Source: Candidatus Krumholzibacteriota bacterium (GTDB taxonomy: Bacteria; Krumholzibacteriota; Krumholzibacteriia; LZORAL124-64-63). From it: DNA of 27,148 nucleotides. The notes under the pieces are model-generated. The model was not told the origin of the DNA and made no database searches. It was given only the letters and a program-made list of their open reading frames with translations. Positions 8,869 to 17,962 of this stretch are shown one piece after another. A program made the translations under genes and the position numbers. The DNA lies in contig JBDLKA010000043.1 of NCBI GenBank assembly GCA_039714075.1, positions 1 through 27,148 of the forward strand, read 5' to 3'. Position 1 is the stretch's first letter. Each line of letters starts with the position of its first letter.

Positions 8869-10632
8869 ATGTTCCTGGACTCTTCCGGCCGTTTCACACT
8901 CAGACCTCTGCTCCTGGTAGCGGCCGGAATGTGCGGTATGGCGGGGCTGATCATCGAATACGGCACTTTTCCCGCACCCTGGATGCTGGTCACCGCCAGA
9001 TTGCTCAGCGGCGCGGCGGTGGGGTTCTTTCTGCTGGAACAATTGGTGTCCTGGCGGCAGAGCGGGACTTTTCGGCGTTATCTCCGGTCCCGCTGGCCGA
9101 CTTTCTCCTTGTCGGTGCTGCTCGTCCTGGAAATCCTCGCTCTTCTCGCCGGGCGTCAGACGACCTGGCTGAACACGGCCCTGGGATATCTTTCGGTGGG
9201 TTCGGTGACGCGGGCCTACCTGATCATCATCCAGATCTACATCGTTTCCGTATTCGCGGTACAACTGCCTCATCTGCACAAGCGGTTCGCGAGCCTGCAC
9301 GTGCGCCCCGCCGTGGCCTTCATGCTGACCTTCATCGCCCTGATTCTCCTGGGGGCGGGTTTGCTGCTGTTGCCCAGGGCCACTCCGCCGGAACTGCCGC
9401 TGACCGCGCTGGACGCCCTGTTCACCTCCACCAGCGCGGTGTGCGTGACCGGCCTGGTCGTCCGGGACACCGGCACGGAGTTCACGGTTTTCGGGCAGAC
9501 GGTGATCCTGGTTCTCATACAGCTGGGCGGTTTGGGCATCATGTCCCTGACCGCGGCCTTGAGCCTGCTGCTGGGCCGCGGGATCGGCGTGCGGGAAAGC
9601 AGTCTCCTGCGGGAAGTGTTCCAGGTGCCCATGCTCAGCGAGGTGGGGCGGACGGTGCGGTTCATCATCCTGATGACGGTTATCCTGGAAACCGCAGGGG
9701 CGGTGGGACTCTTTCTCGGCCTCGAAGGTGTGATTCCCGACACGGGGAAGCGGGTCTTCACGGCGGTTTTCCATGCCGTCAGCGCCTTCTGCAACGCGGG
9801 GTTCAGCACTTTCGACGACTCCCTGGTCTCGTTGTCCGGCCGGCCGCTGGTGATGGGGACGATTTCCGGCCTGCTGATCGTCGGGGGCCTGGGGTTCGGG
9901 GTCGTGTCCCAGGTTCTGGCCTGGATGAGGGGCCGCGCCCTGGGACGCACCGGTCGTGCCGGGCGGCTTGGCCTGCACAGCCAGGTGGTGCTGGTGGTCT
10001 CGGGCCTGCTGCTGGTCGTCGGTACGGCGTTCATCGCCTGGCTGGAGTGGGACCAGTCCCTGTCCGGCCACCGGGCGGGAGCGAAGTTCGCCCAGGCCTT
10101 TTTCCAGTCGGCCACCTGCCGGACCGCGGGTTTCAACAGCATGGACCTGACGCTCCTGAATCCGGCCACCCTGTTCCTGATGATCGTACTGATGTTCGTC
10201 GGGGGCGCGCCCGGTTCCACCGCGGGCGGGGTGAAGGTCACCACCGTGGCGATCATCTGGGCCAACCTCAGATCCATCGGCCGGGGGTTGAACCGCACCC
10301 GGCTGGGCAAACGGGAACTCGAGGCGGTCCACGTCCAGCGGGCCATGCTCGTCCTTTCGGCGGGGCTGGTCCTGGCGGCCATCAGTTTGTTCGTTCTGCT
10401 GGCCACCGAGGAGAAACCTTTCCTGGAAACCGCCTTCGAGGTATTTTCGGCCCTGGGGACGGTGGGGTTGTCGCTGGGCATGACCGCGGCCCTGTCCCCC
10501 GCCGGAAGGATCGTGATCACCATTCTGATGTTTGTCGGCCGCCTGGGTCCCCTGACCCTGGCCAGCAGTCTGACCGGCGCCAGCCGCGATCCCCGGGTTC
10601 GTCTGCCCCGGGGCAGGATCCTGATCGGTTGA
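8869..10632 (+). CDS. ktrB: Ktr/Trk potassium uptake permease (KtrB/TrkH family) with N-terminal extension
   Basis: Four pore loops SAVCVTGL, SAFCNAGF, TCRTAGF, SALGTVGL; also QLGGLG, PGSTAGGVK, MFVGRLG and C-terminal ILIG. Confidence 0.93.
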   Translation: MFLDSSGRFTLRPLLLVAAGMCGMAGLIIEYGTFPAPWMLVTARLLSGAAVGFFLLEQLVSWRQSGTFRRYLRSRWPTFSLSVLLVLEILALLAGRQTTWLNTALGYLSVGSVTRAYLIIIQIYIVSVFAVQLPHLHKRFASLHVRPAVAFMLTFIALILLGAGLLLLPRATPPELPLTALDALFTSTSAVCVTGLVVRDTGTEFTVFGQTVILVLIQLGGLGIMSLTAALSLLLGRGIGVRESSLLREVFQVPMLSEVGRTVRFIILMTVILETAGAVGLFLGLEGVIPDTGKRVFTAVFHAVSAFCNAGFSTFDDSLVSLSGRPLVMGTISGLLIVGGLGFGVVSQVLAWMRGRALGRTGRAGRLGLHSQVVLVVSGLLLVVGTAFIAWLEWDQSLSGHRAGAKFAQAFFQSATCRTAGFNSMDLTLLNPATLFLMIVLMFVGGAPGSTAGGVKVTTVAIIWANLRSIGRGLNRTRLGKRELEAVHVQRAMLVLSAGLVLAAISLFVLLATEEKPFLETAFEVFSALGTVGLSLGMTAALSPAGRIVITILMFVGRLGPLTLASSLTGASRDPRVRLPRGRILIG

Positions 10633-10663
10633 GAGCCATGGACGCAATAACAGGAGAAACGGC

Positions 10664-11338
10664 ATGTTGAAAGTGGTCGTCGTGGGTTTGGGCAGGTTCG
10701 GCAGTACTCTGGCGGTGCAGCTCTCGCGGGAGGGAGCCGAGGTCCTGGCCGTGGACCGCAGCACCAAACTGGTCGAAGCCGTGGCCGAGGATGTCACCGT
10801 GGCGGTCGGGTTCGACGCCACGGACATTGCAAATCTCAAGGCCTACGATGTCGGGGCGATGGACGTGGGCATCGTGGCCATCGGCAAAAATTTCGAGTCT
10901 TCGGTGCTGGTGACCATGCATTTGAAGGGCCTCGGCGTTCCCGTTGTTTACGCCAAAGCCCTCAACGAGATGCAGGAGTCCGTATTGCGCCGGGTGGGAG
11001 CCGACCAGGTGGTCAAGCCCGAAGAGGACCTGGGAACCCGGTTGGCCCATCATTTGCTCCATGACTCGGTAGTGGATTTCGTGGAATTGCCGGATGGTTT
11101 CAGCTTGAAGCGGATCCGCGTGCCCGAGGATTGGAACAACCAGAGCCTGGCCGAATTGGGCCTTTTGGGGAAGCTTCGTCTCAATCTGGTGCAGATCCGG
11201 CGCAGCCGGCCCGCGGCCGTTGAAGGTGAAGATCCCGTCAGCGAAAGAATCCCCCTGCCCGATGGTTCCGAGGTTTTGCGGGCGGGTGATGAAATCGATG
11301 TCATCGGACCGGACGGAGTGTTGAAAAATTTCGATTGA
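10664..11338 (+). CDS. ktrA: Ktr/Trk regulatory RCK subunit (KtrA/TrkA family)
   Basis: VVVVGLGRFG Rossmann motif, VGADQVVKPE, RCK_C domain; CAGGAG RBS; follows the permease. Confidence 0.93.
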   Translation: MLKVVVVGLGRFGSTLAVQLSREGAEVLAVDRSTKLVEAVAEDVTVAVGFDATDIANLKAYDVGAMDVGIVAIGKNFESSVLVTMHLKGLGVPVVYAKALNEMQESVLRRVGADQVVKPEEDLGTRLAHHLLHDSVVDFVELPDGFSLKRIRVPEDWNNQSLAELGLLGKLRLNLVQIRRSRPAAVEGEDPVSERIPLPDGSEVLRAGDEIDVIGPDGVLKNFD

Positions 11339-11356
11339 ACAATTCTCAAAAAAAAC

Positions 11357-11386
11357 TTGAGGTTTCCGGGGGTTGGTGCCTAATCT
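11357..11386 (+). promoter_or_regulatory. Putative sigma70 promoter for the OmpA/MotB lipoprotein
   Basis: TTGAGG-18 nt-TAATCT preceded by an A-tract (UP-element-like). Confidence 0.4.
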
Positions 11387-11525
11387 CTCTCATTGCATGA
11401 GATCGGAAAGGGTCTGGTATCGGTCCGGATGTATATTCCTTCCGGATTGATTTCCGGATTTTAAGTTGTCAGGCGCATTTTAGATTGAAAGACTATTGGT
11501 GCCTGTCGCAAACAAGGAGTGATTC

Positions 11526-12155
11526 ATGAACAAGAGGGTTGCCCGGAATATCGCCCTGCTGGGACTGCTGATCGCCGTTTTCGCCATGGCGGGCTGTTCC
11601 TGCAAGGAATACGAAGAGCAGATCATGCAGTTGGATGCCCAGATTGCGGAAATGCAGAAAGATCTGGCCGACAAGGACGCCGTCATCGGCGAACGCGAGC
11701 AGGTCGCCGAGGATCTGCGCAACAACCTGAAGGACTGCCAGAGCGAAAATGCCGTTCTGATCGAGCAGTCCGAGGAAGTTGTCATGATCACGGTCCAGGA
11801 GGACCTGGGCTTCAACGCGAGCCAGGTCATCGTTCTGGACACCATGGTGCCGACCCTGGAAGCGATCGCCCGCACCGTCAACGACCATCCGGACTGGGAC
11901 GTGTTCGTGGAAGGTTTCACCGACGACAAGAAGATCCTCGAGGAATTCCAGGAGCAGTATCCCTCCAACTGGGAACTGGGTGCTTTCCGGTCCTGTGCGG
12001 TTGTCCGCTACATGACCAACAACCTGGATATTTCGGCCGATCGTTTCGCCGCCGTCAGCTACGGCCCCTTCCGGGCGCTGGCCGACAACGATACGCCCGA
12101 GGGACGCGCCCAGAACCGGCGGGTGCGCTTTACCCTGCACAAGGTCGAGAAATAG
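11526..12155 (+). CDS. OmpA/MotB-like peptidoglycan-binding lipoprotein with coiled coil
   Basis: AAGGAG RBS; lipobox MAG|C; heptad-rich aa ~27-77; EGFTD, NWELGAFRS, SYGPFRALADN, GRAQNRRV. Confidence 0.9.
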   Translation: MNKRVARNIALLGLLIAVFAMAGCSCKEYEEQIMQLDAQIAEMQKDLADKDAVIGEREQVAEDLRNNLKDCQSENAVLIEQSEEVVMITVQEDLGFNASQVIVLDTMVPTLEAIARTVNDHPDWDVFVEGFTDDKKILEEFQEQYPSNWELGAFRSCAVVRYMTNNLDISADRFAAVSYGPFRALADNDTPEGRAQNRRVRFTLHKVEK

Positions 12156-12188
12156 TCAGGCTGTACTTTCAAGTCGCAGCTTCGTGAC

Positions 12189-12228
12189 AACCGGCCCCGG
12201 GTCAACTGATCCGGGGCCGGTTCTTTTT
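12189..12228 (+). terminator. Rho-independent terminator between convergent genes
   Basis: AACCGGCCCCGG-N10-CCGGGGCCGGTT perfect 12-bp stem followed by CTTTTT. Confidence 0.9.
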
Positions 12229-12241
12229 GGGGCAGGGGGAT

Positions 12242-13423
12242 TCAACCGGAGAGATTTTCCAGCGCTTCCAGGGCCGTGGCGACATCCTGGTCCGTGTTGA
12301 AGGGGCCGAAGCTGAAGCGGACCGATCCCGCGGGCGCGGTGCCGAGGGCCTCGTGGGCCAGGGGAGCGCAATGCAGACCGGTGCGCACGGCGATGTTCCA
12401 GTCCGTGTCCAGGAACATTCCGATTTCCTCGGGGGAACGTCCGGCCACCGTGACCGAAACCACCGGAAGATGGTCCGGACCCGGAGTGCCCGAGCCCGTG
12501 ATGCCGCCACCGTGCACACGGATTTTTTCCTGCCGCGCACAACCCGCCACGAACGTTTCCGCCAACCGGTGTTCCTGGTCCAGGATGGAGCCGGGGCCCC
12601 GGGCGGCGATCCAATCCAGGGCGGCGGCCAGTCCCGCGATGCCCACGGTGTTGAGGGTGCCCGCTTCCAGGCGCCAGGGGAATTGGTCGGGATGTTCCTC
12701 CAGGGCGGAACGAACCCCGGTGCCGCCCCAGCGCGTGCTGCGGATGTCCACCTCCGGGCCGACCACCAGGCCCCCGGTCCCGGTCGGTCCGAGAAGGGAT
12801 TTATGCCCGGTGAAGGCCACGAGGTCCGCCTGCAGTTCGGTCATGTCCACGGGAATCAGGCCGGCGGTCTGGGCGGAATCCAACAGGAACATGATGCCGC
12901 GCGCCCGGCACAGGGCGCCAACCTCGGCGGCGGGCTGAACGGCCCCGCAGACGTTGCTGGCATGGGTCATGATCACCAGCCGGGTGGCCGGTTTGATGAG
13001 GCGGGCGAAGGCCTCGGGGTCCAGGACCCCGCCGGTATCGCAGCCGACAAGATCGTAGGTGATGATTCCCGCTTGCCGCAGCATGAAAAGCGGCCGCAGA
13101 ACCGAGTTGTGTTCCAACACCGAAGCCACCACGTGGTCGCCGGGCCGGCAAATGCCCTGGATGGCCAGGTTGATCGCCTCGGTGGCGTTGGCCGTGAAGA
13201 TGGAGCGGTCGGGATCCTTCGCCGGATTGTTGAACAGCCGGTCCAGGCGCCGGCGGACCTGGTCCACCATGCGACCGGTTTCCAGGGAAAGGTCGAATCC
13301 GGTGCGTCCGGGGTTGACGGCGCGATGGGCCAGGAAATCCGCCATGTCCGCGGCCACGGCGCCGGGTTTGGGGAAACTGGTGGCCGCGTTGTCCAGATAG
13401 ATCAATGGCGCGGATTCGGACAT
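12242..13423 (-). CDS. Class V PLP enzyme, cysteine desulfurase/selenocysteine lyase family
   Basis: YLDNAATS, EHNSV, DSAQTAG, FTGHKSLLGPTGTG (PLP lysine), EAGTLN, VRTGLHCAP (catalytic Cys). Confidence 0.93.
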   Translation of the reverse strand: MSESAPLIYLDNAATSFPKPGAVAADMADFLAHRAVNPGRTGFDLSLETGRMVDQVRRRLDRLFNNPAKDPDRSIFTANATEAINLAIQGICRPGDHVVASVLEHNSVLRPLFMLRQAGIITYDLVGCDTGGVLDPEAFARLIKPATRLVIMTHASNVCGAVQPAAEVGALCRARGIMFLLDSAQTAGLIPVDMTELQADLVAFTGHKSLLGPTGTGGLVVGPEVDIRSTRWGGTGVRSALEEHPDQFPWRLEAGTLNTVGIAGLAAALDWIAARGPGSILDQEHRLAETFVAGCARQEKIRVHGGGITGSGTPGPDHLPVVSVTVAGRSPEEIGMFLDTDWNIAVRTGLHCAPLAHEALGTAPAGSVRFSFGPFNTDQDVATALEALENLSG

Positions 13424-13478
13424 GGTGAAGGACTTTCTGGCTGAACCGGTTCTTCCGGGACTAATCCAGGGTCAGGCC

Positions 13479-13507
13479 TTGCATGACCCCTGACCCGGGG
13501 ATACTAT
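13479..13507 (+). promoter_or_regulatory. Putative sigma70 promoter for SPOR-cyclophilin-uvrA
   Basis: TTGCAT-17 nt-TACTAT, 42 nt upstream of ATG 13550. Confidence 0.6.
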
Positions 13508-13549
13508 GTCCTTCGTTCCCGAATGACCAGTCCATACCGGGAGGTAGTT

Positions 13550-14113
13550 ATGAGTACAGGTCTGACGACCGGGCGCCGGAACTTGTCCCGGGTCCTGGTG
13601 CTGGCCTTGGCCGCGACGGCTTTGGCCGCCTTGTCCGGCTGCGGCAAGGGAGGCGAGAACGAAGACGCCGCCCCGGAGAAACCGCGGGCGATGGTCCCCG
13701 GGGAAACTTCCGACACGACCGTCGTGGACACCGCGGCCGCGCCTGCCACCGAAAGCGCTTACGTGGCGGGAACTTTATCGGACGCCGCCGGTGTCAGTAC
13801 GGATTCGGTCCCCACGGAACAGGCGGCGCCTGTCACGAAAGCCGATACCCGGCCGTCCACTTCGGTGACGTCCAACACGGGGGCCTTCAACCTGCAGCTG
13901 GGGTCGTTCACCAATCTGGCGAATGCCCGCAAGCAGGCCGACCGCATCAGCGAACTGGGTTACGCTCCGGTCATCGAGGAGTCCGACCTGGGAGGGCAGA
14001 CCTATCACCGGGTCATGCTGAAAGGTGTCGGCGACATGGCCGAGGCTTCGCGGCTGGGAGAACTCATCCATTCCAAACTAGGCATCGCCTATCTGGTCCG
14101 GCGCGGCAACTGA
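13550..14113 (+). CDS. SPOR domain lipoprotein
   Basis: GGAGGT RBS; lipobox LSG|C; Thr/Ala/Pro-rich linker; C-terminal FNLQLGSFTNLANA...YHRVML SPOR signature. Confidence 0.88.
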   Translation: MSTGLTTGRRNLSRVLVLALAATALAALSGCGKGGENEDAAPEKPRAMVPGETSDTTVVDTAAAPATESAYVAGTLSDAAGVSTDSVPTEQAAPVTKADTRPSTSVTSNTGAFNLQLGSFTNLANARKQADRISELGYAPVIEESDLGGQTYHRVMLKGVGDMAEASRLGELIHSKLGIAYLVRRGN

Positions 14114-14139
14114 GATCCCGCCGGCAACCTGGAGGAAAA

Positions 14140-14928
14140 ATGCATCCTGTGAATAATGCCAACCGTTCCGTCCGTCGCGGCGGTTTGAGTCGTTCGTTCG
14201 TTCCTGTCCTGTTTGCCCTGGTCCTGGTTCTGACCTCGGCTCTGGGCGCGGCTGCTTCCCGGGCGGAAGAGCCCCTTTTCGCACGGATGGAAACCGGGAA
14301 GGGCAACATCCTGCTGGTTTTCTATCCCGATCTGGCGCCCCATCACGTGGGCAATTTCGTGCACCTGTCCCGGACCGGTTTCTACAACGGCACGAAATTC
14401 CACCGGGTCATTCCGGGATTCGTCATCCAGGGGGGCGACCCCAACAGCAAGGACGCCGACCCGCGCAACGACGGCATGGGCGGACCCACCATGATCGATG
14501 TGCTCACCGCGGATGAACTGGCGCTGGTGCAGAAGGTCAACGACATGCTGGAGCAGAAGGGTTACACGGGGCTGAACGGTCCCGCCAACCTGAAGGGCGA
14601 ATTCACCACGGACGTCAAGCACGTGCGCGGCACCCTGAGCATGGCGCGCAGCCAGGCGAAGGATTCCGCGGGCAGCCAGTTCTTCGTCTGTGTGGCGGCC
14701 ACGCCCCAGCTCGACGGCGAGTACACCATCTTCGGGCAGGTGGTCACGGGCATGGAAGTCGCCGACGTCATCGTCAACGCCCCGAAGAACCCCGCCGCCG
14801 GCCGTGACGCGCCGCGGGAGCCGGTGGCCATCGACAAGATGACCATCTTCGAGGGTGTCGCGGGCCTGACCGAACTCGAGAAGACGGCCTGGGACGAAAT
14901 GCCTGCCGATTTGAAATCGGGCAAGTAG
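14140..14928 (+). CDS. Exported cyclophilin-type peptidyl-prolyl cis-trans isomerase
   Basis: GGAGG RBS, ATG 14140; signal peptide; [45 protein letters not shown]. Confidence 0.93.
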   Translation: MHPVNNANRSVRRGGLSRSFVPVLFALVLVLTSALGAAASRAEEPLFARMETGKGNILLVFYPDLAPHHVGNFVHLSRTGFYNGTKFHRVIPGFVIQGGDPNSKDADPRNDGMGGPTMIDVLTADELALVQKVNDMLEQKGYTGLNGPANLKGEFTTDVKHVRGTLSMARSQAKDSAGSQFFVCVAATPQLDGEYTIFGQVVTGMEVADVIVNAPKNPAAGRDAPREPVAIDKMTIFEGVAGLTELEKTAWDEMPADLKSGK

Positions 14929-14946
14929 CCGCCGGACGATACGAGC

Positions 14947-17796
14947 GTGGCCGGCAACAAAAAAACCGCAAGGCCTGCTCCCCAGGGCGACATCACGCTC
15001 AAGGGAGTGCGGGTCCATAATCTGAAAAACATCAGCCTGCGCCTGCCCCGGCGCAGGCTGGTCGTCGTTACCGGCCCCAGTGGTTCGGGGAAGTCATCCC
15101 TGGCCTTCGACACCCTGTATGCCGAGGGCCAGCGACGCTACATCGAAAGCCTGTCCAGTTACGCCCACCAGTTCCTCGACCAGTTGCCCAAGCCAGACGT
15201 GGACCGGATCGACGGATTGTCGCCCGCCCTGGCCATCGACCAGAAGGGCCTTGGCCGCAGCCCCCGTTCGACCGTGGGCACCGTCACGGAAATCTACAAC
15301 TTCATGCGCCTGCTGTTCGCGCGGTGCGGGACGGTCCACTGCCCCGACTGCCGGGTGCCCGCGGCGGGCCGTCCCCTGTCGGACATCGGGGACGAGATCG
15401 CCGCCCTGCCGGAAAAAACACGTTTCTATCTGCTGGCCCCGGTGGTGCGCGGGCGCAAGGGCGAGCACAAGAAACTGCTGGAGGATCTTCGCGGGCAGGG
15501 ATATCTCCGGGTTCTGGTCGACGGCGAAATCAGGGAACTGGAAGACGAGATCGAATTGGCCAAGGGCAAGCGTCACGACATCGCCGTGGTCGTGGACGGA
15601 ATGGTCGCGCGGCCCGATATCCGCGAGCGCCTGAAAACGGGGCTGGACCGGGCCGCCGAACTGGGAGGCGGGTCGGTCATCGTCTACAGCCGGGGTGAAG
15701 AACGATGGTACAGCCGCCAGTCCTCGTGCCCCGGCTGCGGACGGGGCTTCCCCGCGCCCGAACCCCGTCAGTTCTCCTTCAACTCACCCGCCGGATCCTG
15801 CAACGATTGCAACGGCCTGGGAACCTTGCGGACCATCTACCCGGAGGCCCTGGTGCCGGACCGGGACCTGACCATCGCCAAGGGGGCCATCGAGTTCCTC
15901 AAGGGCAAGGAAACAAGCTGGCTCTACGTCCAGATCGAAGCCCTGGCCGGCGCCATGGGTTTTTCCCTGGACACGCCCTTTGCCGACCTGGAGGAGCGAG
16001 TCCAGGAAGTCCTGTTCCACGGCCTGACCCCCGACATCGACAAGGCGCTGCGGGATCACCACCATTACAATGCCTTCCTGCGCGAGTGGGAGGGCCTGGT
16101 GCCCGAACTGGTCCGCCGCCACCGCGAAACCAAGTCGGAAAAGGTCCGCGCCTCCCTGGAAAGAATGATGGTGGAGCAGGATTGTCCGGCCTGCCGGGGG
16201 CACCGGCTGCGTCCGGAATCCCTCAACGTCAGGATCGGCGGCCGCCACATCGGCGAAGTGGCCGCGCTGACCCTCGACGAATTCGCCGCCTGGCTGGCCA
16301 CCGTTTCCTTTACCGGCGAGCGGGAGAAAACCGTGGCCGCGCCCATCCTGGACCAGATCCGCGGCCGGTTGCGCTTCCTGCTCCAGGTGGGGGTCAGTTA
16401 CCTGTCCCTGTCCCGGGGCATCGCGACCCTGTCCGGCGGAGAAGGCCAGCGCGTGCGGCTGGCGACCCAGGTGGGGTCCCAACTGACCGGTGTCCTGTAC
16501 ATTCTCGACGAACCCAGCGTCGGACTTCACCATCGTGATATCGGGAAGCTGATCGCCACGCTCAAGGCCCTGCGCGACCGGGGGAATTCCGTCGTCGTGG
16601 TGGAACACGACCGGGACGTGATGCTGGCGGCGGACCACCTGGTGGACCTGGGTCCGGGGGCGGGGGAACACGGTGGCGAGGTCGTGTCCCAGGGCACGGT
16701 GGCCGAGGTGGCGTCCCGCAAGGGGACCGCGACCGGGGATTACCTCGCCGGGCGGGTGGGGCTGGCGGGACCCGATCCGTTGACCGGGGGCGGCCGCAAG
16801 GGGCAGGTCCTGGGCATCCGGGGGTTGACCGGCCGTAACCTCAAGGATGTCGATCTGGACATTCCCCTGGGGAAGATGACCGTGGTCACCGGGGTTTCGG
16901 GGTCGGGCAAGAGCACGGCCGTACATGACACCCTGTACCGCGCCCTGGCCATGATGAAACACCGCGCGCGCCGCCGCCCCGAACCATTCCGGGACATGAC
17001 CGGTGCCGATGACATCAATTCGGTGGTGCTGGTGGACCAGAATCCCATCGGCAGGTCGGCCCGCTCCACGCCCGCGACCTACACCGGCCTCTACAACCAC
17101 ATCAGGCGGATCTACGCGCAGACGGGCCTGGCGCGCATGCGCGGATACGGGGCGGGACGCTTCAGCTTCAACACCGCGGGCGGGCGCTGTCCGGTCTGCG
17201 AGGGCGCCGGGCTCCGGCGGCTGACCATGGATTTCCTGCCGGACGTCGAAGTGATCTGCGAGGAATGCGGCGGCCGGCGCTTCGACAGGGAAACCCTCGA
17301 GGTCCATTTCAAGGGCTGCGACATCGCGCGGATCCTGGAAATGACGGTGGAAGAGGCCCGCACAGTCCTGGGCAACATCCCGGCCTGCCGCAAGATCCTG
17401 GACGTGATGCACGGGGTGGGCCTGGACTATCTGCGCCTGGGCCAATCGGGCGGAACCCTGTCCGGTGGGGAAGCCCAGCGGATCAAGCTGGTCAAGGAGC
17501 TTTCCCGGGGGGGGCAGAGGCACACCCTCTACATTCTCGATGAACCGACGACCGGACTCCATTTCTGCGATGTGGATCGCCTGATGCACGTCCTGGAACA
17601 GCTGATCGGCCAGGACAACACGGTGATAGTCATCGAACACCACCCCGAGGTTATTCGCCGGGCGGATCATATCCTGGATCTGGGACCCGAAGGGGGAGCG
17701 GGCGGCGGCCGGCTTGTCGCCAGCGGGGATCTCCGGGAAGTCATGGCCGCCGCCGGCTCGTATACCGGAGCCATGCTGCGGGAGCTTTTCGCCTGA
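14947..17796 (+). CDS. uvrA: Excinuclease ABC subunit A
   Basis: [23 protein letters not shown]; two ABC modules ([33 protein letters not shown]); CxxC zinc fingers; FSFN motifs. Confidence 0.98.
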   Translation: MAGNKKTARPAPQGDITLKGVRVHNLKNISLRLPRRRLVVVTGPSGSGKSSLAFDTLYAEGQRRYIESLSSYAHQFLDQLPKPDVDRIDGLSPALAIDQKGLGRSPRSTVGTVTEIYNFMRLLFARCGTVHCPDCRVPAAGRPLSDIGDEIAALPEKTRFYLLAPVVRGRKGEHKKLLEDLRGQGYLRVLVDGEIRELEDEIELAKGKRHDIAVVVDGMVARPDIRERLKTGLDRAAELGGGSVIVYSRGEERWYSRQSSCPGCGRGFPAPEPRQFSFNSPAGSCNDCNGLGTLRTIYPEALVPDRDLTIAKGAIEFLKGKETSWLYVQIEALAGAMGFSLDTPFADLEERVQEVLFHGLTPDIDKALRDHHHYNAFLREWEGLVPELVRRHRETKSEKVRASLERMMVEQDCPACRGHRLRPESLNVRIGGRHIGEVAALTLDEFAAWLATVSFTGEREKTVAAPILDQIRGRLRFLLQVGVSYLSLSRGIATLSGGEGQRVRLATQVGSQLTGVLYILDEPSVGLHHRDIGKLIATLKALRDRGNSVVVVEHDRDVMLAADHLVDLGPGAGEHGGEVVSQGTVAEVASRKGTATGDYLAGRVGLAGPDPLTGGGRKGQVLGIRGLTGRNLKDVDLDIPLGKMTVVTGVSGSGKSTAVHDTLYRALAMMKHRARRRPEPFRDMTGADDINSVVLVDQNPIGRSARSTPATYTGLYNHIRRIYAQTGLARMRGYGAGRFSFNTAGGRCPVCEGAGLRRLTMDFLPDVEVICEECGGRRFDRETLEVHFKGCDIARILEMTVEEARTVLGNIPACRKILDVMHGVGLDYLRLGQSGGTLSGGEAQRIKLVKELSRGGQRHTLYILDEPTTGLHFCDVDRLMHVLEQLIGQDNTVIVIEHHPEVIRRADHILDLGPEGGAGGGRLVASGDLREVMAAAGSYTGAMLRELFA

Positions 17797-17853
17797 TCCG
17801 GCGGGCCGGGGACTTCCGCCGCCGGGGGGCTTGATCCCCCGGGCCTAATTCCC

Positions 17854-17882
17854 TTGGCGAAATCAATGCCCGGGTGTAGATT
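17854..17882 (+). promoter_or_regulatory. Putative sigma70 promoter for the gcv operon
   Basis: TTGGCG-17 nt-TAGATT, 80 nt upstream of gcvT. Confidence 0.4.
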
Positions 17883-17962
17883 TGACCTGACCAAAGGTCG
17901 GGCGTCGGCCACGCCCTGTTTCATATGAACCCAGATACGTCCCCTGCCCTGGAGCCGCTTCC

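Noticed and set aside
8745..10839. Long alternative ORFs over ktrB (641 aa + and 666 aa -)
   Set aside because: Shadow frames typical of high-GC coding DNA, with no recognisable motifs.
13483..14139. 481-aa N-terminally extended cyclophilin in the ORF track
   Set aside because: The extension overlaps the SPOR gene in another frame; a strong RBS and signal peptide support ATG 14140.
13550..14265. Tat signal peptides (GRRNL in the SPOR protein, VRRGG in the cyclophilin)
   Set aside because: RR pairs are present but the S/T-R-R-x-F-L-K context is poor; Sec/lipoprotein export is the simpler reading.
15784..17670. 628-aa antisense ORF in uvrA, and similar ones at 1831-3483, 19546-20841, 20838-22340 and 24944-26641
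   Set aside because: Antisense mirrors of well-supported genes, explained by stop-codon scarcity at high GC.
17797..17962. Glycine riboswitch expected upstream of gcvT
   Set aside because: The conserved GGAGA...CCGAAG...CUCUCAGG elements are absent; only short GC hairpins are present (e.g. 17822-17842).
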